Positions 30,435 to 40,194 of a stretch of DNA of 64,000 bases are shown piece after piece. Below the pieces are notes generated by a model. The model saw nothing but the letters and a program-made list of their open reading frames with translations. It was not told the DNA's origin and searched no databases. The position numbers and the translations under genes are program-made. How positions within the stretch are numbered: position 1 is the stretch's first letter; each line of letters opens with the position of its first letter. The stretch is from Alphaproteobacteria bacterium (GTDB taxonomy: Bacteria; Pseudomonadota; Alphaproteobacteria; MPNO01): contig OZ219866.1 in NCBI GenBank assembly GCA_964291675.2, forward strand, positions 3,520,001 to 3,584,000, read 5' to 3'.

Positions 30435-31154
30435 ATGGCCGACACGGGCACCATCGCCGGCGCGGTGACGCTGGAGAGGGTGGGGCGGAGTTTCAGCCTC
30501 ACCGACCACGTCTATGGCGAGCTGCGCCAGGCGATCCTCGATGCGCGGATCTACGACGCGGCGACCGACCTCCGGCTCGACGAGCGCTCGCTCGCCGGCC
30601 AGCTCGGCATCTCCCGCACCCCCGTGCGCGAGGCCGTCGCCCGGCTCGCCCAGGAGGGGCTGGTCGAGGTGGTGCCGCGGAAGGGCGTGTTCATCGTCCG
30701 CAAGACCCGGGGCGAGATCCTGGAGATGATCACCGTCTGGGCGGCGCTGGAGAGCATGGCGGCGAGGCGCGCGGCCGAGCTCGCGACCGACCGCGAGATC
30801 GCCGCGCTCGACCGCCTCGCCGGCGAGTACGAGGGCGGGGACGCGCGCGCCCATGTGGATGCCTATGCCGAGGCCAATATGCGCTTCCACCAGGCGATCC
30901 TGGAGGCCGGGCACTGCGCCATGCTGGGGGACATCGCCGACGGGCTGTTCGTCCATGTCCGGGCGGTCAGGAGCCGCGCCATGCACGAGGCCGACCGCGC
31001 GGTCCGCTCGGTCGCCGACCACCGCGCCATCGTGGACGCGATCGCGCTCCGCGACCCCGGGCTCGCCGGCGAGCGCGTGCTCGCCCACACGATGGGCCTG
31101 CACGACCATGTGAGCGCGCAATGGGACGAGTTCTTGGGCAGCGAAGGAGGCTGA
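30435..31154 (+). CDS. GntR family (FCD domain) transcriptional regulator
   Basis: LDERSLAGQLGISRTPVREA..LAQEGLV; NMRFH; DHRAIVDAI. Confidence 0.92.
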   Translation: MADTGTIAGAVTLERVGRSFSLTDHVYGELRQAILDARIYDAATDLRLDERSLAGQLGISRTPVREAVARLAQEGLVEVVPRKGVFIVRKTRGEILEMITVWAALESMAARRAAELATDREIAALDRLAGEYEGGDARAHVDAYAEANMRFHQAILEAGHCAMLGDIADGLFVHVRAVRSRAMHEADRAVRSVADHRAIVDAIALRDPGLAGERVLAHTMGLHDHVSAQWDEFLGSEGG

Positions 31155-31155
31155 G

Positions 31156-32904
31156 GTGAGCACCGTGATCGACAAGCCGTCGGCGACGGCGCATGACACG
31201 CTGGCGGAGAAGAGCCGCGACGAGGGCATCGTCTCGGGCGGCCATCTGGTGGCGCGGGCGCTGAAGAACGAGGGGGTGGACACCATCTTCACCCTCTGCG
31301 GCGGGCATATCATCGACATCTACGACGGCTGCCTCGATGCCGGCATCCGCATCGTCGACGTGCGCCACGAGCAGACCGCGGCGCATGCCGCCGACGGCTA
31401 TGCGCGCCAGACCGGAAAACTCGGCTGCGTGGTGACCACGGCGGGGCCGGGCTGCACCAACGCGGTCACCGGCGTTGCCACCGCCTTCCGCTCCGAAAGC
31501 CCGATCCTCCATATCGGCGGGCAGAGCTCGCTCACCCAGCACCGCATGGGCTCGCTGCAGGATTTGCCGCATGTCGACATGATGGCGCCGATCACCAAGT
31601 TCGCCTCCGGCGTGTTCTCCACCGAGCGCGTGGCCGACATGGTGGCGATGGCCGCCCGCGAATGTTTCAGCGGCGCCTACGGCCCGGCCTATCTGGAGAT
31701 CCCGCGCGACATCCTGGACGCCGAGATCCCGCTGGAGCGCGCCCGCATCCCGGCGCCCGGCAGCTACCGGGTCTCGACCAGGGCGATCGGCGACCCGGCG
31801 GATATCGAGCGCCTGGCCGACATACTCGTGGCGTCCGAGCGCCCGGCCGTCCTGTTCGGCCAGCAGGTCTGGGCGAGCGGCGGCCACCGGGCGGCGACCG
31901 CCTTCGTGCGCGCGCTCGACATCCCGGCCTATATGAACGGGGCGAGCCGCGGCATGCTGCCCGAGGGCGATCCGCACCATTTCGACCGCACCCGGTCGGA
32001 CGCCTTCAAGGAGGCCGACGTGATCCTGATCGTCGGCACGCCGTTCGACTTCCGCATGGGCTATGGCAGGCGGATCTCGGAGGCGGCGACCCTGGTGCAG
32101 ATCGACATGAGCTACGCCACCGTCGGCAAGAACCGCGACATCTCGCTCGGGCTGGCCGGCGACCCCGGCGCCATCCTCACCGCCGTCGCCGACGCCGCCT
32201 CGGCGCGCATCGACAGGGGCGCGCGCGGCAAGCGCCGGGAGTGGATGGCGAAGCTGCGCGCCATCGAGGCGCAAAAGCTCGAACGGCTGATGCCGATGTT
32301 CAGGAGCGATGCGAGCCCGATCCACCCCTATCGCCTGGCCTGGGAGATCAACGAGTTCCTGGGCGAGGACACGATCTATATCGGCGACGGCGGCGACATC
32401 GTCACCATCTCCGCCCAGGCCGTCCGCCCGAAGAATCCCGGGCAGTGGATGGACCCCGGCGCGCTCGGCTCGCTCGGCGTCGGCACCGGCTTCGCCATGG
32501 CGGCCAAGCTCGCCCATCCCGGCAAGGAGGTCGTCTGCCTCTACGGCGACGGCTCGTTCGGCATGACCGCCTTCGACATGGAGACCGCGCAGCGCTTCGG
32601 CGCGCCCTATCTCGCGATCGTCGGCAACAACTCGGCGATGAACCAGATCCGCTACGGCCAGATGGCCAAGTACGGCGCCCAGCGCGGCAATGTCGGCAAC
32701 AAGCTCGGCGACGTCGCGTTCTCGCATTTCGGCACCATGATCGGCGGCCACGGCGAGGAGGTGCGCGAGGCCTCCCAGATCGGCCCGGCGCTGCGCCGCG
32801 CCCGCGAGGCGATCGCCGCCACCGGCAGATGCGCCGTCGTCAATGTCTGGGTCGACCCCGACGAGTACGCGCCGGGGACCAAGGCCCAGACCATGTACAA
32901 GTAA
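31156..32904 (+). CDS. ThDP-dependent enzyme (oxalyl-CoA decarboxylase/2-hydroxyacyl-CoA lyase-like)
   Basis: DVRHEQTA, TAGPG, GDGSFG...NN ThDP motif; upstream of frc. Confidence 0.85.
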   Translation: MSTVIDKPSATAHDTLAEKSRDEGIVSGGHLVARALKNEGVDTIFTLCGGHIIDIYDGCLDAGIRIVDVRHEQTAAHAADGYARQTGKLGCVVTTAGPGCTNAVTGVATAFRSESPILHIGGQSSLTQHRMGSLQDLPHVDMMAPITKFASGVFSTERVADMVAMAARECFSGAYGPAYLEIPRDILDAEIPLERARIPAPGSYRVSTRAIGDPADIERLADILVASERPAVLFGQQVWASGGHRAATAFVRALDIPAYMNGASRGMLPEGDPHHFDRTRSDAFKEADVILIVGTPFDFRMGYGRRISEAATLVQIDMSYATVGKNRDISLGLAGDPGAILTAVADAASARIDRGARGKRREWMAKLRAIEAQKLERLMPMFRSDASPIHPYRLAWEINEFLGEDTIYIGDGGDIVTISAQAVRPKNPGQWMDPGALGSLGVGTGFAMAAKLAHPGKEVVCLYGDGSFGMTAFDMETAQRFGAPYLAIVGNNSAMNQIRYGQMAKYGAQRGNVGNKLGDVAFSHFGTMIGGHGEEVREASQIGPALRRAREAIAATGRCAVVNVWVDPDEYAPGTKAQTMYK

Positions 32905-32929
32905 CTTGTACAAGTAGGAGGACCGATCG

Positions 32930-34204
32930 ATGGAAGCGCTCAAGGGGATAAGGATCCTCGACTTCACCCACGTCCAGTCGGGGCCCACCTGCACCCAGCT
33001 TCTGGCCTGGTTCGGGGCCGACGTGATCAAGGTGGAACGCCCCGGCACCGGCGATCCGACGCGCGGCCAGCTGGTCGACAAGCCGGGCGCCGACAGCCTC
33101 TACTTCACCATGCTCAACCACAACAAGCGCTCGATCGAGCTCAACGGCAAGAACCCGGCCGGCAAGCAGGTGCTGGAGCGGCTGGTTGCGACCTGCGACG
33201 TGCTGGTCGAGAACCTGGCGCCGGGCGCGATCGACCGGCTCGGCTTCGGCTGGGAGCGGGTGCAGGAGCTCAACCCGCGCATGGTCATGGCCTCGGTCAA
33301 GGGCTTCGGCCCCGGCCCCTACGAGGCGTGCAAGGTCTACGAGAACGTCGCCCAATGCGCCGGCGGGGCGGCGTCGACCACCGGCTTCCGCGACAACGTG
33401 CCGATGGTGACCGGCGCGCAGATCGGCGACAGCGGCACCGGGCTGCATCTCGCGCTCGGCATCGTCACCGCGCTGTTCCAGCGCGAGCGCACGGGGCGCG
33501 GCCAGCGCATCCTGGCGCCGATGCAGGACGGGGTGATCAATCTCTGCCGGGTCAAGCTCAGGGACCAGCAGCGCCTCGCCGCCGGCCCGCTCACCGAGTA
33601 CTCGCAATACGGCCAGGACATCCCGTTCAAGGACGCCGTGCCCAGGGCGGCCAACGATTCGGGCGGCGGCCAGCCCGGGCGCATCCTCAAATGCAAGGGC
33701 TGGGAGACCGACGACAACGCCTATACCTACTTCATCACCCAGGCCGCGGTGTGGCAGCGGATCTGCGACCTGATCGGCCGGCCGGAATGGAAGGAGGATC
33801 CGGACTACGCGACGCCGAAGGCGCGGCTGCCGCGGCTCGACGAGGTGTTCGACACCATCGAGGCGTGGACGAAGACCAAGACCAAGTTCGAGGTGATGGA
33901 GATCTGCAACCCGCTCGACATCCCGGTCGGGCCGATCCTCTCGATGAAGGAGATCGCCGAAGAGCCGAGCCTGAGGGAGACCGGCACCATCGTCGAGGTC
34001 GACCACCCGACGCGCGGGCCGTACCTGACCGTCGGCTGCCCGGTCAAGCTGTCCGACTCGCCCGCCCGCGTGCTCCGCTCGCCGCTGCTGGGCGAGCACA
34101 CCGGGGAGATCCTGCGCGACGTGCTGGGCTACGAGGGCGAGGCGCTGGAGGCGGTATGGGCCTCGGGCGCGGTCGGCGAGAAGCCCGCCCAGGCGGCGGA
34201 GTAG
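32930..34204 (+). CDS. frc: Formyl-CoA transferase
   Basis: [50 protein letters not shown]. Confidence 0.92.
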   Translation: MEALKGIRILDFTHVQSGPTCTQLLAWFGADVIKVERPGTGDPTRGQLVDKPGADSLYFTMLNHNKRSIELNGKNPAGKQVLERLVATCDVLVENLAPGAIDRLGFGWERVQELNPRMVMASVKGFGPGPYEACKVYENVAQCAGGAASTTGFRDNVPMVTGAQIGDSGTGLHLALGIVTALFQRERTGRGQRILAPMQDGVINLCRVKLRDQQRLAAGPLTEYSQYGQDIPFKDAVPRAANDSGGGQPGRILKCKGWETDDNAYTYFITQAAVWQRICDLIGRPEWKEDPDYATPKARLPRLDEVFDTIEAWTKTKTKFEVMEICNPLDIPVGPILSMKEIAEEPSLRETGTIVEVDHPTRGPYLTVGCPVKLSDSPARVLRSPLLGEHTGEILRDVLGYEGEALEAVWASGAVGEKPAQAAE

Positions 34205-34208
34205 GGCG

Positions 34209-35075
34209 GTGGCGGGCCCGAAGATCTGGCTCGACTACGACCAGGAGGCGCTGGATTCGCAGTACAACCAGCGCGCCCTGGTGCCGGACGCCGACGACTA
34301 CATCGCCGTCGACGTGGCCGAGTCCGCGCGCGTGCGCCAGGCGCTCGACTGCCGCATCGACGTGGCCTACGGCCCGGGCGAGGACGAGAGGCTGGACGTG
34401 TTCCCGGCCGCCGCCCCCGGCTCGCCGCTCGTGGTCTACATGCATGGCGGCGCCTGGACGCGGTCGGACAAGGCGAACGAGAGCTTCATGGCCGAGGCGT
34501 TCGTCGCGGCGGGGGCGGCGTTCGTCGCCGCGAATTTCGGCCTCTGCCCCGGGGTCACGCTGGACGAGATGATCCGCCAGGCGCGCGCCGCCGTCGCCTG
34601 GTCCCACGAGAACGCCGCGGGCTTCAACGCCGACCCCGCCCGGCTCTACATCGCCGGGCACTCGTCCGGCGGGCATGTCGGCGGCATGATGGTGGTGACC
34701 GACTGGCCGGCCGCCCACGGCCTGCCGCGCGGCCTGGTGAAGGGCGCGCTGCTCTGCAGCGGCATGTACGACCTCGCCCCGGTGCGGCTCAGCGCGCGCA
34801 ACGACTATCTCCGCCTCGACGAAGCGGCGGAGGACCGCAACAGCGCGATCCGCCGCATCCCTTCCGACGGCTGCCCGCTGGTGATCGGCTATGGCGGCGG
34901 CGAGCAGAAGGAGTTCCGCCGCCAGTCCCAAGCGTTCGCCGCCGCCTGGCGCGAGGCCGGGCTGGAGGTGCGCGAGTTCGACATGCCGGGCGTCAACCAT
35001 TTCGAGCTGCGGCGCCACTTCAACGACCCCGACAGCCCGATCCTCAAGGCCGCGCTGGAGATGATGGGGCTGTAG
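34209..35075 (+). CDS. Alpha/beta hydrolase (arylformamidase/kynurenine formamidase-like)
   Basis: LDSQYN, HGGAW, GHSSG, SGMYDL, NHF. Confidence 0.82.
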   Translation: MAGPKIWLDYDQEALDSQYNQRALVPDADDYIAVDVAESARVRQALDCRIDVAYGPGEDERLDVFPAAAPGSPLVVYMHGGAWTRSDKANESFMAEAFVAAGAAFVAANFGLCPGVTLDEMIRQARAAVAWSHENAAGFNADPARLYIAGHSSGGHVGGMMVVTDWPAAHGLPRGLVKGALLCSGMYDLAPVRLSARNDYLRLDEAAEDRNSAIRRIPSDGCPLVIGYGGGEQKEFRRQSQAFAAAWREAGLEVREFDMPGVNHFELRRHFNDPDSPILKAALEMMGL

Positions 35076-35082
35076 CGCCTAA

Positions 35083-35131
35083 TGTTTCACGTGAAACATT
35101 AGGCCAGAATCCCAATGTTTCACGTGAAACA
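35083..35131. other. Two parS (ParB-binding centromere) sites
   Basis: Exact TGTTTCACGTGAAACA at 35083-35098 and 35116-35131; degenerate third copy at about 35139-35154. Confidence 0.85.
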
Positions 35132-35275
35132 TTAGCCTGATTGCATGTGAAACGGCTCCCCGGGGGACAGGGTGCGCGCCCGGCTTCGGGCGCGGCAGCG
35201 GCCGATTCGGCCGGCCCGCCAGCGCCTTGCGGCGGGAAGCTCGCGCGGCGGCTGCGGCGATGGACCGCCGGCGAA

Positions 35276-35311
35276 ATGTCATCTTGACATCTCTTCATAC
35301 CGCCTCATTAT
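35276..35311 (+). promoter_or_regulatory. vapBC promoter/operator
   Basis: TTGACA (35284-35289) and CATTAT (35306-35311); inverted repeat ATGTCA-tct-TGACAT overlaps the -35; ATG 7 nt downstream suggests a leaderless mRNA. Confidence 0.55.
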
Positions 35312-35318
35312 GTCCGCC

Positions 35319-35579
35319 ATGCGCACCACGCTGACCGTCGACCCCGATGTCGAGCAGCTCCTGAGAAGCGAGATGCGGCGCTCGGGCCGCGGCATGAAGG
35401 CGGTGGTGAACGACGCGCTGCGCGCCGGTCTCGGGGCGGCGGGCAAGCCGCAAGCGGCGCCGCCCTACCGGGTGCAGCCGCACGCGCTCGGGTTGAGGCC
35501 CGGCACCGACGCCGACCGGCTCAACCAGCTCGCGGACCAGATCGTGGCGGAGCGCCGGATCCGCAAGCTCGGACAGTGA
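35319..35579 (+). CDS. vapB: VapB-type (RHH) antitoxin
   Basis: MRTTLTVDPDV...VVNDALRAGL; overlaps the PIN gene (GTGA). Confidence 0.85.
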   Translation: MRTTLTVDPDVEQLLRSEMRRSGRGMKAVVNDALRAGLGAAGKPQAAPPYRVQPHALGLRPGTDADRLNQLADQIVAERRIRKLGQ

Positions 35580-36004
35580 TCGTCCCCGACGTCAACCTGC
35601 TGGTGGCGGCGCACGACTCGCGCGCGCGCCGGCACGCGGCGGCGCGCGACTGGTGGGAGGGGCTGCTGAACGGCGCCGTCACGGTCGGCCTCCCCTGGGC
35701 GGCGATCCTCGGCTTCGTCCGCATCGCCACCGACCCCGCGATCGTCGACAGCCCGCTGGAGCCGGACGGCGCCCGCGCCCGGGTTACCGGCTGGCTCGCC
35801 CGCCCGCAGACCGCGCTGATCCACCCGGGCGAGCGCCACGCCGACATCCTGTTCGCGCTGCTCGACCGGGCGGGCGCGGCCGCCACGCTCACCACCTCCG
35901 CCCACCTCGCCGCGCTCGCCATCGAGCACCAGGCCGAGCTGCACTCGACGGATGCCGACATGGCGCGGTTCTCGGGGCTCAGATGGCGGAATCCGCTGGG
36001 CTGA
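35576..36004 (+). CDS. vapC: VapC PIN-domain toxin
   Basis: MIVPDVNLLV, AHLAALAIEH, STDADMARFSGLRWRNPL. Confidence 0.9.
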   Translation: MIVPDVNLLVAAHDSRARRHAAARDWWEGLLNGAVTVGLPWAAILGFVRIATDPAIVDSPLEPDGARARVTGWLARPQTALIHPGERHADILFALLDRAGAAATLTTSAHLAALAIEHQAELHSTDADMARFSGLRWRNPLG

Positions 36005-36201
36005 TCCGGCAATGGAAGACTCAGGCCCTTGTAAGAACGAACCATGAACCCTACAATATGCGCGCTCCATGCGGGACACCGTAGCAGGGGAATGGGGAGC
36101 GATGTGGACAGGAGTGAGCTGGGGAAGGCGCGGGAGGCGTTCTTCACGTCGCTGGAGCGCGCGCGGTACCTGCTGCGCTGGGCCGTGCGCTCCCCCCTTT
36201 C

Positions 36202-36310
36202 GTCATGGCCGGACTTGTTCCGGCCATCCATGCGGTCCGTTCAACCGAGAAGCGGTGGGTAAGGAGAAGTGGCGGTGCCCGTGGCTGCCCGGAACGAGTC
36301 CGAGTATGAC
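36202..36310. repeat. Family A REP-like pair
   Basis: GTCATGGCCGGACTTGTTCCGGCCATCCA ... GCCCGGAACGAGTCCGAGTATGAC. Confidence 0.8.
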
Positions 36311-36415
36311 GGGGGAGAAATCCATCTCTTCATTTGCAGGTGGCTGCATCAATTTGAATCCCATTTTGAGCATATCGTATCCAGCTTTTCGACCAACTGA
36401 ACGGGCGCACCAATC

Positions 36416-37879
36416 ATGAGACTCGCCGATACCGTCGAAGCCTCCGGCTTTTTCTGGCTTCCCGAGGACGATACGCGAAGAGTTCCCGGTAGATTAACAA
36501 TTTCATCGACGGGTCGTACCGAACTCGTCTTAACCGCCCTTACGGAATTCCAGCATGTGGATGACCCAGGCGCGGTATTGGGAGAACGAGCACTTAGTGG
36601 TAACCATGTATATTACAGACGCATTGTGGGTCTAGTGAACTCCGATAAAGTAAAAGACTATGTCACTCTAGAAGACTGCCACCGCTTGAATTCCGAAACC
36701 ACGACTGGAACTGGTCTTGCAACAACGATTATTGAAGCAATGTTTGTATTTGTTGGAGTCGCTTATTCGGCTGATGAGACGATCGAATTTTCCGAACTTC
36801 GGTTTTCGGTGAGTCCGCTGGACGAATGGCTTGGCATTTCCGGAGTTGGGATTTCGCCTGAATTCAACCAAGACAACAAACTCAACTCTGTAACAGTTCA
36901 CTACACGCCTCCTGCCAAACGAGCGTACTCGCTTCCTGATAACATGACTTTGGAGTTTAACTTCGATGCTACCGTACCGATCGTCCCCAGATCTACCGAG
37001 ACTAGTATCTCGCAAAGAGCAAGAATCTCCATTAGAACAATCAGTGCGCGGCCACTTAATGATTTTCTAGAACTTGTTTTCAAAATACAAAACCTGCTTA
37101 ACTTTTGTATTGATGCAATGGTGCCGCTAGATTTCGTTGAAGGTTACTCAGACCAGGTAGTGCAGGAATTAACGAACGGAAAACACCGTCGAATCCCAGT
37201 CAAAATCTACTACCGTGGGATACCGGAAGTTGAATCGAGTAGTAATATCCGTCGACACAATATGTTATTGACCTATGGGCTCATTGAACACCGGTTTGAA
37301 GATGTGCTCAATCGTTGGTTGGTCGCTTACAACCAATTTCAGCCGACGTTTGACTTATATTTTGGCAAGAGGATAGGAGCCTTCAAATTTATCGAAGGAC
37401 AGTTTCTTTCGTTGGTTCAGGCAATGGAGTCTCTCCATAGAAGACAAACCCAATGCATAGAATGGTCCAAAGAGGAACTGCCGACAGCCGAATTTAATGA
37501 GATAAAGGACGCTATGTTGGCAACGGTTCCCAGAGAACGGAAAGAGTATTTTGAATCAAAAATGAGATACCTCAATGAGCCAAGCTTGCGCAAAAGGCTT
37601 AAGGAAATGTTTGATGCTTATTGGTCACTGTACAAGATTGAAAAGAAAAGGACGGACATTGTTGATAGGATCGTAAGCACGCGGCATTATTTGACTCATT
37701 ATTCGGAAGATCGCAAGACGACCCCGACGAGCGGGGAGGAATTGCTTAAACTGAACGATCTAATGGAATCTCTATTGCAACTTCACCTTCTCAATATGTT
37801 AGGTCTGGAACGGACGATGGCAAAATGTATCGCGAGTAAGAATCGTCAACTTCGGTGGAAACTCGGTGCAGGAAATTAG
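36416..37879 (+). CDS. apeA: ApeA-like HEPN-domain protein (putative antiphage)
   Basis: N-terminal GFFWLP...PGRLT..VTLEDC (ApeA NTD-like), FLSLVQAMESLHR, EPSLRKRL, HEPN RHYLTH (RxxxxH); markedly AT-rich. Confidence 0.75.
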   Translation: MRLADTVEASGFFWLPEDDTRRVPGRLTISSTGRTELVLTALTEFQHVDDPGAVLGERALSGNHVYYRRIVGLVNSDKVKDYVTLEDCHRLNSETTTGTGLATTIIEAMFVFVGVAYSADETIEFSELRFSVSPLDEWLGISGVGISPEFNQDNKLNSVTVHYTPPAKRAYSLPDNMTLEFNFDATVPIVPRSTETSISQRARISIRTISARPLNDFLELVFKIQNLLNFCIDAMVPLDFVEGYSDQVVQELTNGKHRRIPVKIYYRGIPEVESSSNIRRHNMLLTYGLIEHRFEDVLNRWLVAYNQFQPTFDLYFGKRIGAFKFIEGQFLSLVQAMESLHRRQTQCIEWSKEELPTAEFNEIKDAMLATVPRERKEYFESKMRYLNEPSLRKRLKEMFDAYWSLYKIEKKRTDIVDRIVSTRHYLTHYSEDRKTTPTSGEELLKLNDLMESLLQLHLLNMLGLERTMAKCIASKNRQLRWKLGAGN

Positions 37880-38217
37880 AAGGTGTGTACATTTCGCTCA
37901 ATCTTTACACATAGGGTAATCGGTCGACAGTTGCCGCTTTTAGCGGGGTTCTTATTCAAGCGGCTTTATTTATCTTGTCCTCGCCTGGGGTTTGCGGTTT
38001 TGGCGGGCATCAGACTATGACATAGTCCGTGATCGATGTGCCCTATCCGCCGGCCCCCACCTCATCCCATACATAATCCATCCCATCCTCGCCGCCCTCC
38101 AGTCGCGACTGGCTGGTCGGTCGTGCGCTGCGCGCCGGCCCAAGCCTAGGAGCGATCTTGGTCTCGGAATACTCGGTGGGAACGCTTCCGGCACCGCAAG
38201 AAGCGTCTCGGGAGACT

Positions 38218-38403
38218 CTACCGGATTGGCTTCCGCCGCCCGGTCGAAAAGGCGGATGGGGCGGTCTCGAACCTGTCGCTGCAACCGGTCTTGCACAAAC
38301 CGACGACCCGGCCGTCGTACAGCGTCAGCGAATCCGCCGGCACCGGCCCGCCGGACCAGGGACAGGTCTCGTTGATGCAAGCGGCGATTTCGAGTGCGGC
38401 CAT
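38218..38403 (-). CDS. Small Cys-rich YHS/TRASH-like protein, possibly degenerate
   Basis: CINETCPWSGGPV...LYDGRVVGLCKTGCSDRF resembles small CPWSG..FC..GC proteins. Confidence 0.5.
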   Translation of the reverse strand: MAALEIAACINETCPWSGGPVPADSLTLYDGRVVGLCKTGCSDRFETAPSAFSTGRRKPIR

Positions 38404-38499
38404 CCCGCGCTCCGTGTCTTCCCCGGCCTGCGCACGCCGAGGCGGCGGGCCGGGGAAGGTGTAGGTGTCCGGCGTCTTGGCAGCAAGCGGTTCGGGCTC

Positions 38500-38580
38500 G
38501 GGCACAAAACCAAACTCCACGCCACCGACGCCGACAGAGCGCGGTTTTCGGGTCTCAGGTGGCGGAATCCACACAATTAA
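38500..38580 (+). pseudogene. Remnant of a second vapC 3' end
   Basis: Encodes LHATDADRARFSGLRWRNP vs LHSTDADMARFSGLRWRNP at the end of vapC (35939-35994). Confidence 0.7.
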
Positions 38581-38675
38581 AGGTTTCGTAGGGAGTTAAA
38601 GCTAAGAACAAGACATCCATTCCAGACGTATTTCGATTGGCACCAAACATTTCGGTTGCAGACCACCATTTGTAC

Positions 38676-39896
38676 TTAAGGCCCTCCAATTGCGTTCCAC
38701 AGGGCTCGATTGCGGAAGCTGGTCCCGGCGTTCGTACGTCTATTGCTGGAGCAACCGCCATGTGTGTGGATTCCGATCGTCTGGTTGGTCCCTTGGACGA
38801 TCACCGGGCTCCCCGAGTTACCTGGCTGGGTGTCCACCTTGTAGCGCAGCGTGCCGCGGTTGGCGCCTCCGGTATTCTTGGTCAACTTGCCGGCGTGAGT
38901 CTGCTGCGTCTGGTAGTCCGCGTTTCGAGGACCGCCATTGCCGAACTTCGGTGGAGGACCATCCACTCCGTAGCCGGTAATCCGTACAGTGGCTGGCTTC
39001 GCCGTGTTAGAGACCTCGAAGAAAGCCTTCTGCGCAGCGATCGGCGTCAGCCCGGTTTGGGTATTCGGCAGTACCTGGAACACGGCCCAGTCATTGCCGG
39101 TGCCCGTGCCCTGATGTTTGATAGAACCAGCAATAACCCGATACTGGTCACGGACCGGCGGCGACACCGTCGCGCCGTTCGCGGTCGAGGGCGGAACGTT
39201 GAACTCGACGGTGTTCGTACGGGTGTCGATGCAGTGACCCGCGGTCAGCAACCGCCCTCCCACGATAATCCAGGCCGTGCATCCGATCGACATGATGCGG
39301 CCGGCCGCGGGATGGCTGGAAGCGGCACGGTCGTCTACAGAACCGCAAATCGCCTGGGGAGCAAAGTCTGCCTCTGGATTTGATCCTTCCGGCTGCTGCT
39401 CAGCATCGGTCGGGATGAAGCGCTGGAGATCGCCGCCGAGAAAATCGATCAGGGACTGCCAAACGGTCCTGGGCCCCAACTCGGGGATCGTCCCCGGGAG
39501 GCCGATAATCACGTCCCCCACTTTGGCCGAGACCTCCCCCGACGTGCCAGGCATAAGGGTGATCGTGATCTCGGAACCGTTGAATACAGCGGTCAGCCCC
39601 TCCCACGCTTCAAGCTGGTCTTGCGTAAAGATCTGCTCGTCGACCGCCGATCTGACCCTCAACCGGCCGTCTCCGAGACGGAATTCGGAGAATCGCAGTT
39701 GTAGCCACTGCGCGCCCGGGATCGGAATGGAGCGGTCACCGGATTCGAGGGCGGTGAAGAAAGACGCCATCTTCTCGGGCGGGGCTTCCTCCGAAACGAC
39801 GGCCCGGGAGATCGGCGCGGGTTGGGCCTGTATTGCCTGAACGGCGCTCACGGCGAGTACCATGGCCGCCAGAGGCAAAATGGTAATTCCCTTCAT
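38676..39896 (-). CDS. Secreted trypsin-like serine protease
   Basis: Signal peptide; LLTAGHC, DWAVF, DTQPGNSGSPV catalytic triad; N-terminal WLQLRF pro/CUB-like region. Confidence 0.85.
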   Translation of the reverse strand: MKGITILPLAAMVLAVSAVQAIQAQPAPISRAVVSEEAPPEKMASFFTALESGDRSIPIPGAQWLQLRFSEFRLGDGRLRVRSAVDEQIFTQDQLEAWEGLTAVFNGSEITITLMPGTSGEVSAKVGDVIIGLPGTIPELGPRTVWQSLIDFLGGDLQRFIPTDAEQQPEGSNPEADFAPQAICGSVDDRAASSHPAAGRIMSIGCTAWIIVGGRLLTAGHCIDTRTNTVEFNVPPSTANGATVSPPVRDQYRVIAGSIKHQGTGTGNDWAVFQVLPNTQTGLTPIAAQKAFFEVSNTAKPATVRITGYGVDGPPPKFGNGGPRNADYQTQQTHAGKLTKNTGGANRGTLRYKVDTQPGNSGSPVIVQGTNQTIGIHTHGGCSSNRRTNAGTSFRNRALWNAIGGP

Positions 39897-40194
39897 GATG
39901 TCGGTCGTCCTCCAGATTTTCGGCGCACTTGGTTGCGACACTCCGCTATCCGACAATGGACAGACGGCGCTGGGGTGGAGAATAGAAGCTCGGGGGGCTT
40001 GCGACCCCGCCACTATTGCTGGGACCAGCCGAAACGACTCGCAGGCCCTCGGCGGTGTCCCCGGTGTCGACCCAGCGCCGGTGAGAACGCCAGGTTCCCA
40101 GCCAGGCGAATGGGAGGGCAGGGGCATGCTGCAAACCGACAGGACCTTCCCGAACAAGGACGGCTTCGGCAAAATAGGACTCCTTCCCAAAGCG

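Noticed and set aside
36092-36262. Short ORF MGSDVDRSELGKAREAFFTSLERARYLLRW running into a REP
   Set aside because: Could be a truncated gene, but it has no recognisable motif and too little support.
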